The notes under the pieces were generated by a model that was given only the letters and a program-made list of their open reading frames with translations, did no database searches and was not told the origin of the DNA. From Podarcis liolepis (Eukaryota), in assembly GCA_965112155.1 (NCBI GenBank), contig OZ218113.1: 64,000 nt of DNA; one strand, 5' to 3'. Below, one piece after another: positions 62,111 through 64,000 of the stretch. Within the stretch, counting starts at the first letter, position 1, and every line of letters begins with the position of its first letter. The position numbers and the translations under genes are program-made.

Positions 62111-63010
62111 GCAGCCTCTGAAGGATGCACCGAAGCCTGGCGTGGGGGGGGGGCGGAGAGACCTTCTCCCCGCGCCAGCCTTCGGATGGCTGTCCTGAAG
62201 ACTTGGGGTGGGAGAAGGGTTTTCCTTCCCACCGCCAACATTCAGAATGCTGTTCTGAATGTTGGCGGTGGGGAGGAAAAACCCTCCTCCCACGCAAGCC
62301 CCGGGAACAGAGGGAAAGCGCTGCGCGCCTTCCCCTCTGTTCCCGTACCTGTGCTGAAGGCTTGCGGTGGGGAGAAAAGCCCTTCTCCGCACCGCCAGCC
62401 TGGCAAGCGGTTTCCCTAGGAACGCATTAATTGATTTTCAATGCATTCCTATGGGAAACCGTGCTTCGCAAGACGAAAAATTCGCTAGACGACAAAAATT
62501 GCGGAACGAATTAATTTCGTCTTGCGGGGCACCACTGTATATAAAAGGCTATGGCTATCCATTTACAGAGCGCTCTGCTATGGGTGTTCATTAAATCTAG
62601 TTTGTGGCACAGGTCATCATCCGACGAATTTTGGACGCTGCTATGCAGAACCTGGCAACGTCGTATGTTGTAGCAGGGTTGGTATCTTGAAAGCAGCAGG
62701 GAGGTATAGAATTTTTCTGGGCGCCCTGGGTACTTATGGAGTAGTGGGGAGATGAGGCTAATATGAATGTCTGTATAATATAGGCACTGGAGAAGCACAT
62801 GCTCTATTGTTTCTATATGTCCAGAGTCACAGGGGCATTGTCATTTTCCCACAGAAGCCATCTGGAACTTATTGCCACTGGGAAGCTATTCGGACTGTTT
62901 GAAAACAGGGCAGGGTCAATAATGTGGTCAAGTCAAGTGCAGCCTTGTTCTTTCCTTCCTCTGTGACAATCTCTTAACGGCCATCTCTCATTATCTCTCT
63001 GCTCCCACAG

Positions 63011-63096
63011 ATCAACTACCGAGGGCAGAGAGTTAACCTGATACGGATGCGAAACCCGTGGGGGGAGGTGGAGTGGACTGGAGCTTGGAGTGACAA
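63011..63096 (+). CDS. CAPN1: CAPN1 exon with the catalytic Asn ([28 protein letters not shown]); gene continues beyond the window
   Basis: AG/GT bounded, 86 nt; RNPWG motif. Confidence 0.97.
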
Positions 63097-64000
63097 GTAA
63101 GAAGGAAACCAGAAAGGGCTGGTGAAAGGGGGAGAAAGTCACCAGGGCGGCCATAACAAGTTCCCTCCTTCTGTCGACGAGCTTCCTTTGTTTTCATGGG
63201 CATGAGAATATCTGGGTTCCACTTCCCCTCCTCCTGGGCCATAGAGCTGTGGGGACAGAAGGCCTGTCTTCTCTATATACCGTTTTAATCCCACTGCAAA
63301 GAGCTCAGAGTGGCACGCACGATCTTCCCGGCGTCACATCAGGACAACTCTGCAAAGTAAGGTTAGGTTGAGAGACAGGAACCAGCCCAGGGTCATCTAG
63401 TAAGCTTTGTAGCTGGAGCAGGATTTGAATCCAGGACTCTCCAGTCCAGCATTCTAACCATCACAGACAGAAATGAAAGAGGCACAAGGTTTAGGCGCTT
63501 GAAAAAGAAGAGCCCCTGTGCCCGAAAGTTGGTGTGTGCAGGAAGCGAGTTTGCCAAGCAAAGTGGCAAAGAGAACCAGAGTGTGTGTTGTGTTTGGAAT
63601 CCAGAGTGAATATTTTGGTGACAAATCTATGAGAGTTACTAGGGCTACAGCAGGTGTGAAGAAAATTTGCCCTCCAGATGTTGCTGAACTGCCATCATCC
63701 TTGGCTGTTGGCCGTTCCTGCTAGGGTTGATCAGAGCAATGTCTGGAGAAGGCTTCCTCAACCTCGGCCCTCCAGATGTTTTTGGCCTACAACTCCCATG
63801 ATCCCTAGCTAGCAGGAGCAGTGGTCAGGGATGATGGGACTTGTAGTCTCAAAACATTTGTTTGATTGCCCCCCATTCATTTCAATTCACTGGGTTTCCT
63901 CCCACTGAATTCAGTAGGAGATCCAGCTTCTCTTCTACAGCCTGTAACTCTTGTGTTTTTCATCCACAAGGCAAGGTGAACATTTTAGACGATCTGTTAC

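Larger units (their letters stand above)
60296..62537. mobile_element. Tc1/mariner MITE (cagtggtgcccc family), expanded 2242-bp form
   Basis: ta|cagtagtgccccgcaagacgaa ... ttcgtcttgcggggcaccactg|ta. Confidence 0.9.
60078..62900 (-). mobile_element. RTE-X-like LINE 3' fragment with a (TGAT)n tail, interrupted by a large MITE
   Basis: Minus strand reads CPCDSGHIETIEHVLLQCLYY...VARFCIAASKIRR*; ends gctggtctatgactgtaataaa followed by (gatt)n. Confidence 0.65.

Overview
Vertebrate genomic DNA, almost certainly from a lacertid lizard, inferred from Podarcis-type Sauria SINEs and squamate tRNA/CR1 SINEs. Three spliced genes follow the human 11q13 order. SYVN1/HRD1 is on the minus strand: a non-coding exon 1 plus 7 coding exons, running off the left edge. 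A complete Speedy/RINGO gene (SPDYC by synteny; 6 coding exons, 298 aa) is on the plus strand. The 5' half of CAPN1 is on the plus strand: 7 coding exons carrying the Cys-His-Asn triad, running off the right edge. All exons were built by hand from GT-AG junctions and their phases are consistent. Introns are packed with SINEs, LINE fragments and non-autonomous DNA transposons. Most notable observations: (1) an intact minimal type-I hammerhead ribozyme motif in a TSD-flanked Penelope-like fold-back element between the SYVN1 and Speedy promoters; (2) a 2.2-kb TA-flanked MITE whose interior is a chain of hairpins, including a 10-unit zig-zag palindromic array; (3) a hAT element nested in an L1 that appears to carry a captured CpG island with an ATG-to-splice-donor exon; (4) a solo-LTR-like element with TATA, ATG and a GT donor just upstream of the first Speedy coding exon; (5) a perfect ERSE and a UPRE at SYVN1. 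Repeat family names come from recalled consensus features, not from a database search.
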